This document shows positions 1 through 8,609 of a stretch of 43,198 nucleotides of DNA, piece by piece. Source of the DNA: Candidatus Iainarchaeum sp. GTDB lineage: Archaea; Iainarchaeota; Iainarchaeia; JAGGVJ01. Location: the NCBI GenBank assembly GCA_021158055.1, contig JAGGVJ010000033.1, positions 1-43,198 on the forward strand, given 5' to 3'. A program made the position numbers and the translations under genes. Position 1 is the stretch's first letter. Every line of letters starts with the position of its first letter. The notes below the pieces were generated by a model. The model was not told the DNA's origin. It did no database searches and saw only the letters and a program-made list of their open reading frames with translations.

Positions 1-167
1 ATTTAGTTAACGCATTCAAAAACAACACCTTAATTGCATTTTTCCCCTTTCAATCAAAAAATCCACTGAATCTGCACAGTAAAACACAAATAAAGTAATT
101 AAAAAGGCATACTAAAAAGTATCGCTGAAACAACAACAAAACTAAAAAAACAAACCTTTAAAAAACA

Positions 168-217
168 TTTAAATAAAACTTCAACAGAATTAACTATAGC
201 AAATTAACTATTGTTAA
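168..217 (+). promoter_or_regulatory. Putative TATA box (TTTAAATA, 168-175) followed by a TTAAC-N4-GTTAA palindrome (204-217) and an imperfect adjacent copy (190-203)
   Basis: Motifs read directly upstream of the regulator-iscS-iscU genes; function inferred. Confidence 0.4.
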
Positions 218-259
218 GAATTACTAAACAAAACATTAAATCAACACAGCGGTGAGCAA

Positions 260-646
260 TTGAAAGGACAAATGCCACAGGAAATCGAAGTCTGGTACAT
301 ACTCCCTGCAATAAAACGAGGGATTGCAATTGAACTGGTTTCAAAGGGGTTAAAGCAAAAAGACATCGCAAAACTTCTAAAAGTCACTGAAGCAAGCGTC
401 AGCAACTACCTGAAATCAAAACGCGCAACAACAATTAAATTCAACAAAATTGTCGAATCCGAAATAAAAAAATCAGCCGAAAAACTGCTTTCTGCAAAAG
501 AAAACCACACAAACAAGGCCTTGATTGAAGAACTCCAGCGAATCTGCGCAATAATCAAAGATGAAAAAATACTGTGCAAAGCCCACAAACAGTTTGATTC
601 TTCAATTTCAAAAAACTGCTGCATCTGCAAAGATATTAATCATTGA
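260..646 (+). CDS. Archaeal HTH transcriptional regulator (COG2522-like) with C-terminal Cys/His motif
   Basis: PQEIEVWYILPAI start, HTH QKDIAKLLKVTEASVSNY, C-terminal C..LCKAH..CCIC; GGTGA RBS before TTG, alternative ATG at 272. Confidence 0.8.
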   Translation: MKGQMPQEIEVWYILPAIKRGIAIELVSKGLKQKDIAKLLKVTEASVSNYLKSKRATTIKFNKIVESEIKKSAEKLLSAKENHTNKALIEELQRICAIIKDEKILCKAHKQFDSSISKNCCICKDINH

Positions 647-761
647 ATAATATTGCAAATTACAAAACAACAACACAAAAACAACATTGTGAACAAAAAA
701 ATAAAACCCAAATAAAAAAAACAAAACAAAAATTCAAAAAAAATCTTTTGGGGGAAATCAA

Positions 762-1916
762 ATGAGAGTTTACCTGGACCACGGCGCAACAACGCCGACA
801 GACGAAAAAGTAGTTGAAGCAATGCTTCCATACTTTACAGAAATTTTCGGAAACCCATCAAGCATCCACGAATTCGGACGCGAGGCAAACAAGGCAATCC
901 AAAAAGCACGGGAAACAATAGCTGCAAAACTGAATGCCAACCCAAGCGAGATCCTGTTCACTTCAGGGGGGACCGAGTCCGACAACCTTGCGATAAAAGG
1001 AACTGCCACGGCAGCCAAAGATGCCGGGCGCGGGAACCACATTATCACTTCAAAAATCGAGCACCCTGCAGTGCTTCGCTCGTTTGAGGCGCTTGAAAAA
1101 GAAGGATTCAAGGCAACTTACTTGAACGTGGACCGGGAAGGGTTCGTTGATCTGGAGCAGCTAAAAGAATCAATCACAAATGAGACAATTCTTGTTTCAG
1201 TCATGCACGCAAACAACGAAGTCGGAACAATCCAGGACATTGACGAAATCGCGAAAATATGCAAGGAAAACAACGTGATTTTCCACACCGATGCAGTGCA
1301 GTCGTTCACAAAAGTCCCGCTTGATGTTCAAAAAATACCTGTGGATCTTGTTTCCATGAGCTCGCACAAAATACACGGGCCAAAAGGAGTCGGGGCACTA
1401 TATGTGCGAAAAGGGACACCCTTGAAAAAACTAAATGACGGCGGAGGACACGAATTCGGAATGCGCGCGGGAACAGAAAATGTCACCGGATTCATCGGTT
1501 TTGCAAAAGCAGTCGAGCTTACAACAGAAAACGAAATCACTGACATTGCAAGAATGCGCGACAAATTCGTAAACACAGTTCTCGAAAAAATTCCGGATGT
1601 GAAACTAAACGGGCCAGGCATCAGCGAAGGAAAAAGGCTTTGCAACAACGCAAACCTGTCATTTAAAAGAGTTGAAGGAGAAAGCATTCTCATGCGCCTT
1701 GACGCGCTCGGAATCGCGGTTTCAACAGGTTCCGCGTGCTCTTCAAAAAGTTTAAAGGCAAGCCACGTCTTAACCTCAATGAATATTGACCCCCTGCTTT
1801 TGCACAGTTCGCTCCGCATCACACTCGGGCGCGAAAACACAGACGAAGAAATTGATTATACAATCGAATCACTTGAAAAAGTAATTTCAGACCTCAGATC
1901 AATAAGCCCGTTGTGA
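762..1916 (+). CDS. iscS: Cysteine desulfurase, group I (IscS/NifS type)
   Basis: YLDHGATT, FTSGGTESDN, HTDAVQ, PLP lysine SSHKIHGPKGVG, catalytic STGSACSS. Confidence 0.96.
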   Translation: MRVYLDHGATTPTDEKVVEAMLPYFTEIFGNPSSIHEFGREANKAIQKARETIAAKLNANPSEILFTSGGTESDNLAIKGTATAAKDAGRGNHIITSKIEHPAVLRSFEALEKEGFKATYLNVDREGFVDLEQLKESITNETILVSVMHANNEVGTIQDIDEIAKICKENNVIFHTDAVQSFTKVPLDVQKIPVDLVSMSSHKIHGPKGVGALYVRKGTPLKKLNDGGGHEFGMRAGTENVTGFIGFAKAVELTTENEITDIARMRDKFVNTVLEKIPDVKLNGPGISEGKRLCNNANLSFKRVEGESILMRLDALGIAVSTGSACSSKSLKASHVLTSMNIDPLLLHSSLRITLGRENTDEEIDYTIESLEKVISDLRSISPL

Positions 1917-1981
1917 ACCAGACAGCCAACGGAAAACCTAAAAAACAATTTTGAAGACAAAAAACAAAAAGAAGTGATTGA

Positions 1982-2362
1982 ATGGACGAATACAACGAAA
2001 AAGTAATGGCGCTTTTCAAAAACCCGCACAACATGGGTGAAATCAAAGACGCTGACGGAATCGGCAAAGTGGGAAACCCAGTGTGCGGCGACCTCATGTA
2101 CGCATATATAAAAGTCAAAAACAACATTATTGAAGACATAAAAATGAAAACTTTCGGTTGCGTTGCGGCAATCGTGACCTCTTCAAAAATGGCTGACCTT
2201 GTCAAAGGCAAAACACTTGAAGAATCCCTCAAGATCACAAAACAAGACATTGCAGACGAACTCGGTGGACTTCCGCGGGAAAAAATGCACTGCTCAAACC
2301 TTGCAAACGACGCGCTGCGAAAAGCAATAGAAGATTACAATGAAAAGAAAAATACAAAATGA
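1982..2362 (+). CDS. iscU: Fe-S cluster scaffold protein IscU/NifU-N
   Basis: NPHNMG, GNPVCGD, KTFGCVAA, KMHCS with three conserved Cys. Confidence 0.95.
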   Translation: MDEYNEKVMALFKNPHNMGEIKDADGIGKVGNPVCGDLMYAYIKVKNNIIEDIKMKTFGCVAAIVTSSKMADLVKGKTLEESLKITKQDIADELGGLPREKMHCSNLANDALRKAIEDYNEKKNTK

Positions 2363-2456
2363 AAACTCAAAGAAAGAAAAATGCCTCAACAAAAAAAGCG
2401 CATAACACAAAAAATGAAACTAAAAAACAGAAAAATAATCACAAAAGGCATTATCC

Positions 2457-3719
2457 ATGGAAATCGGACAAAAAAACCACAAATGTGTCGGAAACACAAG
2501 CATGTTTGAAAACGCTCTTGAAGAATTCAGCCACGCTGCAGAAAAAATAAAAATTGACTCAGACGTGCTTGAAATGCTCACGCAGCCAAAAAGAGCAATT
2601 GAATTTTCCATTCCCGTAAAAATGGATTCGGGAAAAATCAAGGTGTTCATCGGATACCGGATCCAATTCAACAACCTGCTCGGCCCCATGAAAGGGGGAA
2701 TCAGGTTCCACCCGAAAGTGTGCGCAGACGAAGTCGAGGCACTGGCTTTTTTGATGACCTGGAAATGCGCGATTTCAGACATCCCGTTCGGCGGGGCAAA
2801 AGGAGGGATTGTAGTCGACCCGAAAGAACTTTCAAAAAGCGAGCTTGAAGCGCTGAGCAGGGGATACATGGCTGCAGTCGCGCCGTTTATCGGGCCGAAA
2901 ACCGACATTCCTGCGCCGGACATAAACACAAACGCACAAATCATGGCCTGGATGTCAGACGAATACAACAAAATAGCCGGGCAAAACGAACCCGCCGCAA
3001 TCACCGGAAAACCCATTGTCTTAGGGGGCTCGCTTGGAAGAGACACTGCAACAGGGCAAGGCGGAATTTTCGCATTGCTTGAAGTTGCAAAAGTAATTGA
3101 CCTGCCGGGAAAAACCGTTGCAATCCAAGGGTTTGGAAACGCAGGAAGCAACTTTGCAGAAATACTTGAAAAAGAAGGCAAATTCAAAATCGTGGCAGTA
3201 TCGGATTCAAAAGGAGGGATTTATGACCCCGACGGGCTTGATATTTCAGAACTGATCCGGCACAAAAAAACAACAGGCCGTGTGTCAAGATTCAACAACT
3301 CGCAGGAAATCACAGGCGAAGAACTCCTTGAACTCGACGTTGACGTGCTTGTGCCGGCAGCCCTTGAAAACCAGATCACAAAAGAAAACGCGGACAAAAT
3401 CAAGGCAAAGCTCATAATTGAGCTTGCAAACGGACCGACTACTTTTGAAGCAGACGAAATCCTGTTTAAAAACGGAAACATTGTGGTTCCGGACATTTTT
3501 GCAAACAGCGGGGGAGTAATAGTAAGCTACTTTGAATGGGTGCAAAACAACACCAGACACTACTGGAGCGCTGAAGAAGTGCACGAAAAACTCAGGGAAA
3601 AAATGACATGCAACTTCAAAAGGCTCTTTGAATACTCAGAAAAACACAACATAAGCTTCAGGACATCAGCATACATCCAGGCAATTGAAAAAATGATCGA
3701 AGCAGTGAAACTTAAATAA
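2457..3719 (+). CDS. gdhA: Glu/Leu/Phe/Val dehydrogenase family, glutamate dehydrogenase
   Basis: KGGIRFHP, MTWKCA, GGAKGG, DIPAPD, TGKP, QGFGNAG, VSYFEWVQN. Confidence 0.92.
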   Translation: MEIGQKNHKCVGNTSMFENALEEFSHAAEKIKIDSDVLEMLTQPKRAIEFSIPVKMDSGKIKVFIGYRIQFNNLLGPMKGGIRFHPKVCADEVEALAFLMTWKCAISDIPFGGAKGGIVVDPKELSKSELEALSRGYMAAVAPFIGPKTDIPAPDINTNAQIMAWMSDEYNKIAGQNEPAAITGKPIVLGGSLGRDTATGQGGIFALLEVAKVIDLPGKTVAIQGFGNAGSNFAEILEKEGKFKIVAVSDSKGGIYDPDGLDISELIRHKKTTGRVSRFNNSQEITGEELLELDVDVLVPAALENQITKENADKIKAKLIIELANGPTTFEADEILFKNGNIVVPDIFANSGGVIVSYFEWVQNNTRHYWSAEEVHEKLREKMTCNFKRLFEYSEKHNISFRTSAYIQAIEKMIEAVKLK

Positions 3720-3757
3720 AAGCCTGACTTTAACTGAACATAACCAACTACTGCCAA

Positions 3758-4396
3758 TCAGGTTTTTTCCAGTACCAGATACACAACCCTTTTTTTCGGA
3801 TTGTCCGGGTTGTCTATTATTACCTCACCTGTCAATCCCATTCTTTTAAACCGCCAGAAAATTGAATCAAACTCTTGTTCTGAGCGCGGGTAAAACTGGA
3901 TTCCTGCCTTTCCTCCTTTTTTAAGCAGTGAATGGATTCCAGACGCCACTTTTTTTATTTCGTTTTGGTCCTTTATCCACTGCAATGCAGAAACAGACAC
4001 AATAAAATCAAAACTTTCCTTCTCAAAAAAATCTTTTACGTCACGCATGTCTCCCGTGACTGCAACGAGACCACGCTGCTTTGCTTTTTCAACCATTTTT
4101 TCATTCACGTCAAGGCCTGTCGCATCAAACTCCAACTCTTCCAGAAGCTCTGTTGAAAAACCGACTGCACAACCGATGTCAAGCACTTTTGCAGGGGGTT
4201 TTGCCTGAAGCAGATCAATGATTCTTGAAGTGATTTTTCTCTGCGTTCTTTTCATGTGAGCAGACTGGTCGTGTTTTTCAACCTCTTCAGTTGTGTAATA
4301 ATCGCCGGGAGAAGCGCATAACTCTTCCGGACGCTCTATTTTTACAGACCACCCTGAATCTTTTTTTCCGGAATTTCTCTTTTCACGCAAAGACAT
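3758..4396 (-). CDS. Class I SAM methyltransferase resembling eukaryotic Bud23/WBSCR22 (SSU rRNA m7G methyltransferase)
   Basis: RPEEL..P..YY, LDIGC, SFDFIVSVSALQW, LKKGGK..IQFYP, IIDNPDNPKKRVVYLVL match Bud23 motifs as recalled. Confidence 0.7.
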   Translation of the reverse strand: MSLREKRNSGKKDSGWSVKIERPEELCASPGDYYTTEEVEKHDQSAHMKRTQRKITSRIIDLLQAKPPAKVLDIGCAVGFSTELLEELEFDATGLDVNEKMVEKAKQRGLVAVTGDMRDVKDFFEKESFDFIVSVSALQWIKDQNEIKKVASGIHSLLKKGGKAGIQFYPRSEQEFDSIFWRFKRMGLTGEVIIDNPDNPKKRVVYLVLEKT

Positions 4397-4499
4397 CTTT
4401 TTTCAAACCCCCGTGACAACATAATTCCATGTTGCAAACAAAACAAAAAAACAACTTTGAGCCAAGCTCAAAAATCAATATGCAAATCCTTGGCTTTTT

Positions 4500-7400
4500 C
4501 TATTTGTCTTTAGTTAAAGAATCTTTTTCAGGAAAATATTTTTTAGGGGTTTCAAATGAACCCAATGGCTTGTCAGACAAACCAGCATCATCTTTCTTTT
4601 TGGCAAAAAAACGGTTTTTTAAATCAAAAACCTTTTTCTTTGCAGCTCCAGCCCCTCTGTTTATCAAAGCAAGTCTGCCGGGTTTTTTTGGTTCAGGCCC
4701 TGCGCCTTTGAAAAACCCTTTTTGTTCGGCAGGGGTTTGAACTTCTTTCTTCAAGGCGCTCAAATTGGAAACTTCCTTGTTCTGGTGCTGAACATCTGTT
4801 TTGGTTTCAAAATCCGGCTTGAACCCGGTTTGTCCGGGGCTGTCTTTTGACTGAAACAGTTCCTGGCTTTCCCTTTTCACAAACTGATATGACTGATAGC
4901 CATCACCATGCGACTGCGGTTTTTGACTGCTTCCCCCCGTTGCAGGCATACCCTGGCCCTTGTTTGACGCTGTGTTTTTGACATCATTTGGAACAGCGCC
5001 TTGAGACGGTTTCGGCACAACGCTTTCAGACGGTTTCGGCACGGCGCTTTGAGCCTGCTCTGCGATGATATCACGGATAGCACCCGCACTTGGCACAGCA
5101 GGGCTCTTTGCAGAACTTTCTTCAATGTTCCTGACACTGTCTGCTGCAAGGCTTTGGCTTGATTTGACTGCAAAACTCCTGTCGGTTTCCGGCGGAACGG
5201 CTTTGGAAACCTCACGGAAATCTTTTTCAAAGCTGTCAAGTGAAATGCCTGTGCCGGAAGAATCCCTGCCTTTTCCTGCGGGCCTGTCAAACACATCCTT
5301 TTTTGACCTGTCAACAAACTTATCCATGGACTCCAGACCTTTTTCAGTTTCTTCCTTTATTTTCAACATGCGTTCCCTGGCTTTTTTTCTCCCGTAAAAA
5401 AAGAGCAGTTTGTCTTTTGCCTTGAAGCCAAGAACCACAAGAACAATCAAAGCGATCGCTGCAACAGCAGGCACAGCATAAGACATTGCCTGCGAGATGT
5501 CAATCAAAGGAACAGGCTCCTCGTCTTTGCCCTGGCTTGCCGTGACTGTTGACTCAACCAGATTGCTGCCTTCAAGCACAACTTTTATCTTGGAGCTGTT
5601 TCCAAACTCGTCACTTATCTGCAACTGGTTTGTCATTTTGAGAAGGTAGCTTTCAAGCTCAAACTCAAAATTATCCTCTTTTCCGACCGCCTCCAAAGTC
5701 ACGGTGTTTCCGTCCAGGTCAACCAGCTGGTTGCCGTACTTATCAAGAGGAATCAGCATTATTCTTTCAGGCGCATTTTCCTGATACCCGACTGCATCTT
5801 TTTCAATGAGAACAATCTTATTCCCTTCAAAATCCATGTCTGTTTTAAGCAAAATGCCTTCACCGTCATCTTTTGAAATCTCTTCAAACCTGTCAACCAA
5901 AGGAATATCCAGTTGAATCGTGTTTGCATTGAGTTTTTTGCCGTAGCCGTCAAACGCAGTTATCTCCAACGGCCACACAGTCATGTTTTTGTCAAACTCA
6001 AACCGCTTTGAAATGAAAAACCTGTTTGAATAATTTCTTTCCAAGGAATACTCTTTCTTTGAGGGTCCTGTCACAACCAGGTTTATCCCCTGGTCTTCAA
6101 ACTCGTCACCCCTTAACTCAACAAGCACATCCGCATAATCCCCTCTTTTCACTCCCTTAATAGAACTTGGCTCAAAAACAACTATTAAAAACTCCCCCAA
6201 CTCTTCCGCGTGCTTGAACTTGATTTCAGGCTGTTCTTCTTCAGGGTCTTCCTCTGCATCTTCAACACCGCCCGAAACAAGGTCTTCTTCCAAAAGTTCT
6301 CCGTCACCTTCTTCACCTGTTTCGCCGGAATCTTCCGGATCAGTGGGATCCACAGAACCGCTGCCTTCAGGCGTGTCTGTTCCAAAAAGCACCAGGGTCC
6401 TGACCGACTTGTTTTTGGCATTGTCAAACACAAACGAAGTGAGTTTCAGCAAAGACCCTTCTTTCAGTTCAAGGTCTGCAAGCTCGGTCGGAAGATTGTA
6501 AAAACAGGCGTCAGATTCGACTTTTGTAAAAACATCTGCCAAAATCTGCGAGTCAAACTCAAGCCTGAACCGGCACGAACTGACGCCGGAATCACTGTCC
6601 GAAACAACTGCTTTTATCTGGGCCGGAATTAACAGGTCCCGGCTTTCATTAAATATCCTTAAATCAAAATCCCCTGACTCTGTCAAAATCACATCAGGCG
6701 GTTTTGTGTCAAGAAAAATTGAATCGCACTTTTCACTGGTTTCCGTATCATCCTCGCTTCTGCATTTTCCGCAGACAGTTTTTTCTCCGTCGCTGTCCGG
6801 CAACACCCACGGATCACGAATACCTGAAGAAAGGAATAATTTTTCATAATTAATCCAGTCAGTGTAATCATCTCCACTGTTCCTGAAAGCGCAATCCACG
6901 GCACCGCGCGCACTTACCAGAAGATACACGTCGCGTGAATTGGTATGCTCCCTCCATTTACCGTTTATGTCAATGTTGAAATAAGTCGGGGAACCTGTAG
7001 AACCAATTGAAAAAGACTGCACTAACCTGTCAAGCTCGTCGCCTTCGTTATTCACGCAACTGATGGAAACTGACGGGTACTGCACTGAAAAAAACTTAAA
7101 AACTTCCTTGAATTCATAAACGCAGCCGTCTTCATCTTCGCTGCAGGTGCATTCCTCGTCATCACAATCACATCCGTCAACAGAATCACCGCAGTCCCGC
7201 TCCATTTCCAGATAGTCCTCTTTTGGCTTATTGTTTTCATACAACCTGCACTTTACCCCGTCACTGAAGTCTTTTATGCGCACAGTGCACGTTGTCATCG
7301 AATCATCATCAATGCTTGAGCAGTACTTGCTCACCAAAGACAAAACCTGCGGGTACTCCATGGTGTCTTTGGAAATCTTTGTTTTCGCGCCGTCTCCCGT

Positions 7401-8432
7401 ATTTAATTCCGCGTCCGTGCAGCTGAAATAAACATAAAAATCATTTTTTGAATTGAAAGCGTAGTCATACTTTACGGCACATGAATCGCACGACGGCCAG
7501 ACACTCACCGATTTTTTAGCTATCTGATCTTCATTAGCATTTTCCACAACAAACCAGCACTCGGTTACCTCTTCATTGTCTGAGACCTGCACTTCAAATT
7601 TTTGTTTTTCCCCGATCATGATCAGGGCCGGAGCCGTTATCCTTGAAACCACCGGCTCTTCAGCGTCATCCTTTACCCAGATAAGCTCTTTTTCAGCGCT
7701 TCCTTCATTTCCCTCGTTGTCAGTGCATGAAAAATACACAAAATAGCTTCCGATTTCATCAAACCTGAACGACTCGGACACTGTGCAGTCTGTACAAGGA
7801 GTTGAAACCGATGCCTTTTCTTCGGAAATCGGATTTTCTGAATTGTCTTCCACAACAAAAACACACCCGTCTATTCCCGAAGCATCGTTTGCGGTTGTCT
7901 GAAAAACAGTGGAGACATCGACCTGAACCGGCAACTCCATGTCAAGCTCTTCCACTGTGGGTTCCTTGATTTCGCTTCTGACCTCAAGCTCTGACTCGGA
8001 ACCGCTTCTCGGGTTCATGTCCTTGTCAAGGCACCGGAAATACACTCCAAATGTGCCTGTCAGTTCAAAAGTGTAATCCGCACTCACCACCAAACCGGAA
8101 GCAGACGCAGGAATTGAATCAACCATGCTTGTGCCTCTCTTTATGCGTAATTCACACGACGGCGTATAGATAAGGTCACTTACCGTGGTCTGAAAAGCCA
8201 CAATCTTATCAACTTCGACGGCCTCGCTTGTATCAATCGGCTCAATCAAGGCCTCTGCAGAAACACCTGCGAAAAAACACAATGCAAAAACTGCAAACAA
8301 GAAAACATGCAAAAAGTTGTTATTCCTGTTCACGTCACCTTTCAAAATCGTTGACTCCATAAGAGATAAAAAAGTACAATGCAATTTATATGTTTCACTC
8401 TTTTTCAGCAATAATATCTCGGATAATGCCAA
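4500..8432 (-). CDS. Large acidic membrane-anchored surface protein with tandem Ig-like repeats and a long C-terminal tail (true start probably 8360 or 8333)
   Basis: Signal peptide FLHVFLFAVFALCFFAGVSA; three ~100-aa repeats ending VYF[RS]C[LT]D; Cys/Asp-rich patch; single TM YAVPAVAAIALIVLVVLGF; low-complexity tail. Confidence 0.8.
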   Translation of the reverse strand: MALSEILLLKKSETYKLHCTFLSLMESTILKGDVNRNNNFLHVFLFAVFALCFFAGVSAEALIEPIDTSEAVEVDKIVAFQTTVSDLIYTPSCELRIKRGTSMVDSIPASASGLVVSADYTFELTGTFGVYFRCLDKDMNPRSGSESELEVRSEIKEPTVEELDMELPVQVDVSTVFQTTANDASGIDGCVFVVEDNSENPISEEKASVSTPCTDCTVSESFRFDEIGSYFVYFSCTDNEGNEGSAEKELIWVKDDAEEPVVSRITAPALIMIGEKQKFEVQVSDNEEVTECWFVVENANEDQIAKKSVSVWPSCDSCAVKYDYAFNSKNDFYVYFSCTDAELNTGDGAKTKISKDTMEYPQVLSLVSKYCSSIDDDSMTTCTVRIKDFSDGVKCRLYENNKPKEDYLEMERDCGDSVDGCDCDDEECTCSEDEDGCVYEFKEVFKFFSVQYPSVSISCVNNEGDELDRLVQSFSIGSTGSPTYFNIDINGKWREHTNSRDVYLLVSARGAVDCAFRNSGDDYTDWINYEKLFLSSGIRDPWVLPDSDGEKTVCGKCRSEDDTETSEKCDSIFLDTKPPDVILTESGDFDLRIFNESRDLLIPAQIKAVVSDSDSGVSSCRFRLEFDSQILADVFTKVESDACFYNLPTELADLELKEGSLLKLTSFVFDNAKNKSVRTLVLFGTDTPEGSGSVDPTDPEDSGETGEEGDGELLEEDLVSGGVEDAEEDPEEEQPEIKFKHAEELGEFLIVVFEPSSIKGVKRGDYADVLVELRGDEFEDQGINLVVTGPSKKEYSLERNYSNRFFISKRFEFDKNMTVWPLEITAFDGYGKKLNANTIQLDIPLVDRFEEISKDDGEGILLKTDMDFEGNKIVLIEKDAVGYQENAPERIMLIPLDKYGNQLVDLDGNTVTLEAVGKEDNFEFELESYLLKMTNQLQISDEFGNSSKIKVVLEGSNLVESTVTASQGKDEEPVPLIDISQAMSYAVPAVAAIALIVLVVLGFKAKDKLLFFYGRKKARERMLKIKEETEKGLESMDKFVDRSKKDVFDRPAGKGRDSSGTGISLDSFEKDFREVSKAVPPETDRSFAVKSSQSLAADSVRNIEESSAKSPAVPSAGAIRDIIAEQAQSAVPKPSESVVPKPSQGAVPNDVKNTASNKGQGMPATGGSSQKPQSHGDGYQSYQFVKRESQELFQSKDSPGQTGFKPDFETKTDVQHQNKEVSNLSALKKEVQTPAEQKGFFKGAGPEPKKPGRLALINRGAGAAKKKVFDLKNRFFAKKKDDAGLSDKPLGSFETPKKYFPEKDSLTKDK

Positions 8433-8609
8433 AAAATATCAACACATCAATAAAAAACCAAAAAGAAAACCAAGAACGATATCTTTATATGGTTAATATT
8501 ATTTTTGTCTAATCAATAATTAAAGTATTATTAAAGTATTATAAGAACGTAAAATAAGAACAACGTAAAAAACACAAATACAAAAATTATTTTACATCAC
8601 GGTGATTTT

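Noticed and set aside
2359-2550. 63-aa Lys-rich ORF between iscU and gdhA, and the similar ORF at 39439-39684
   Set aside because: Translation of A-rich intergenic DNA overlapping real genes, with no motif.
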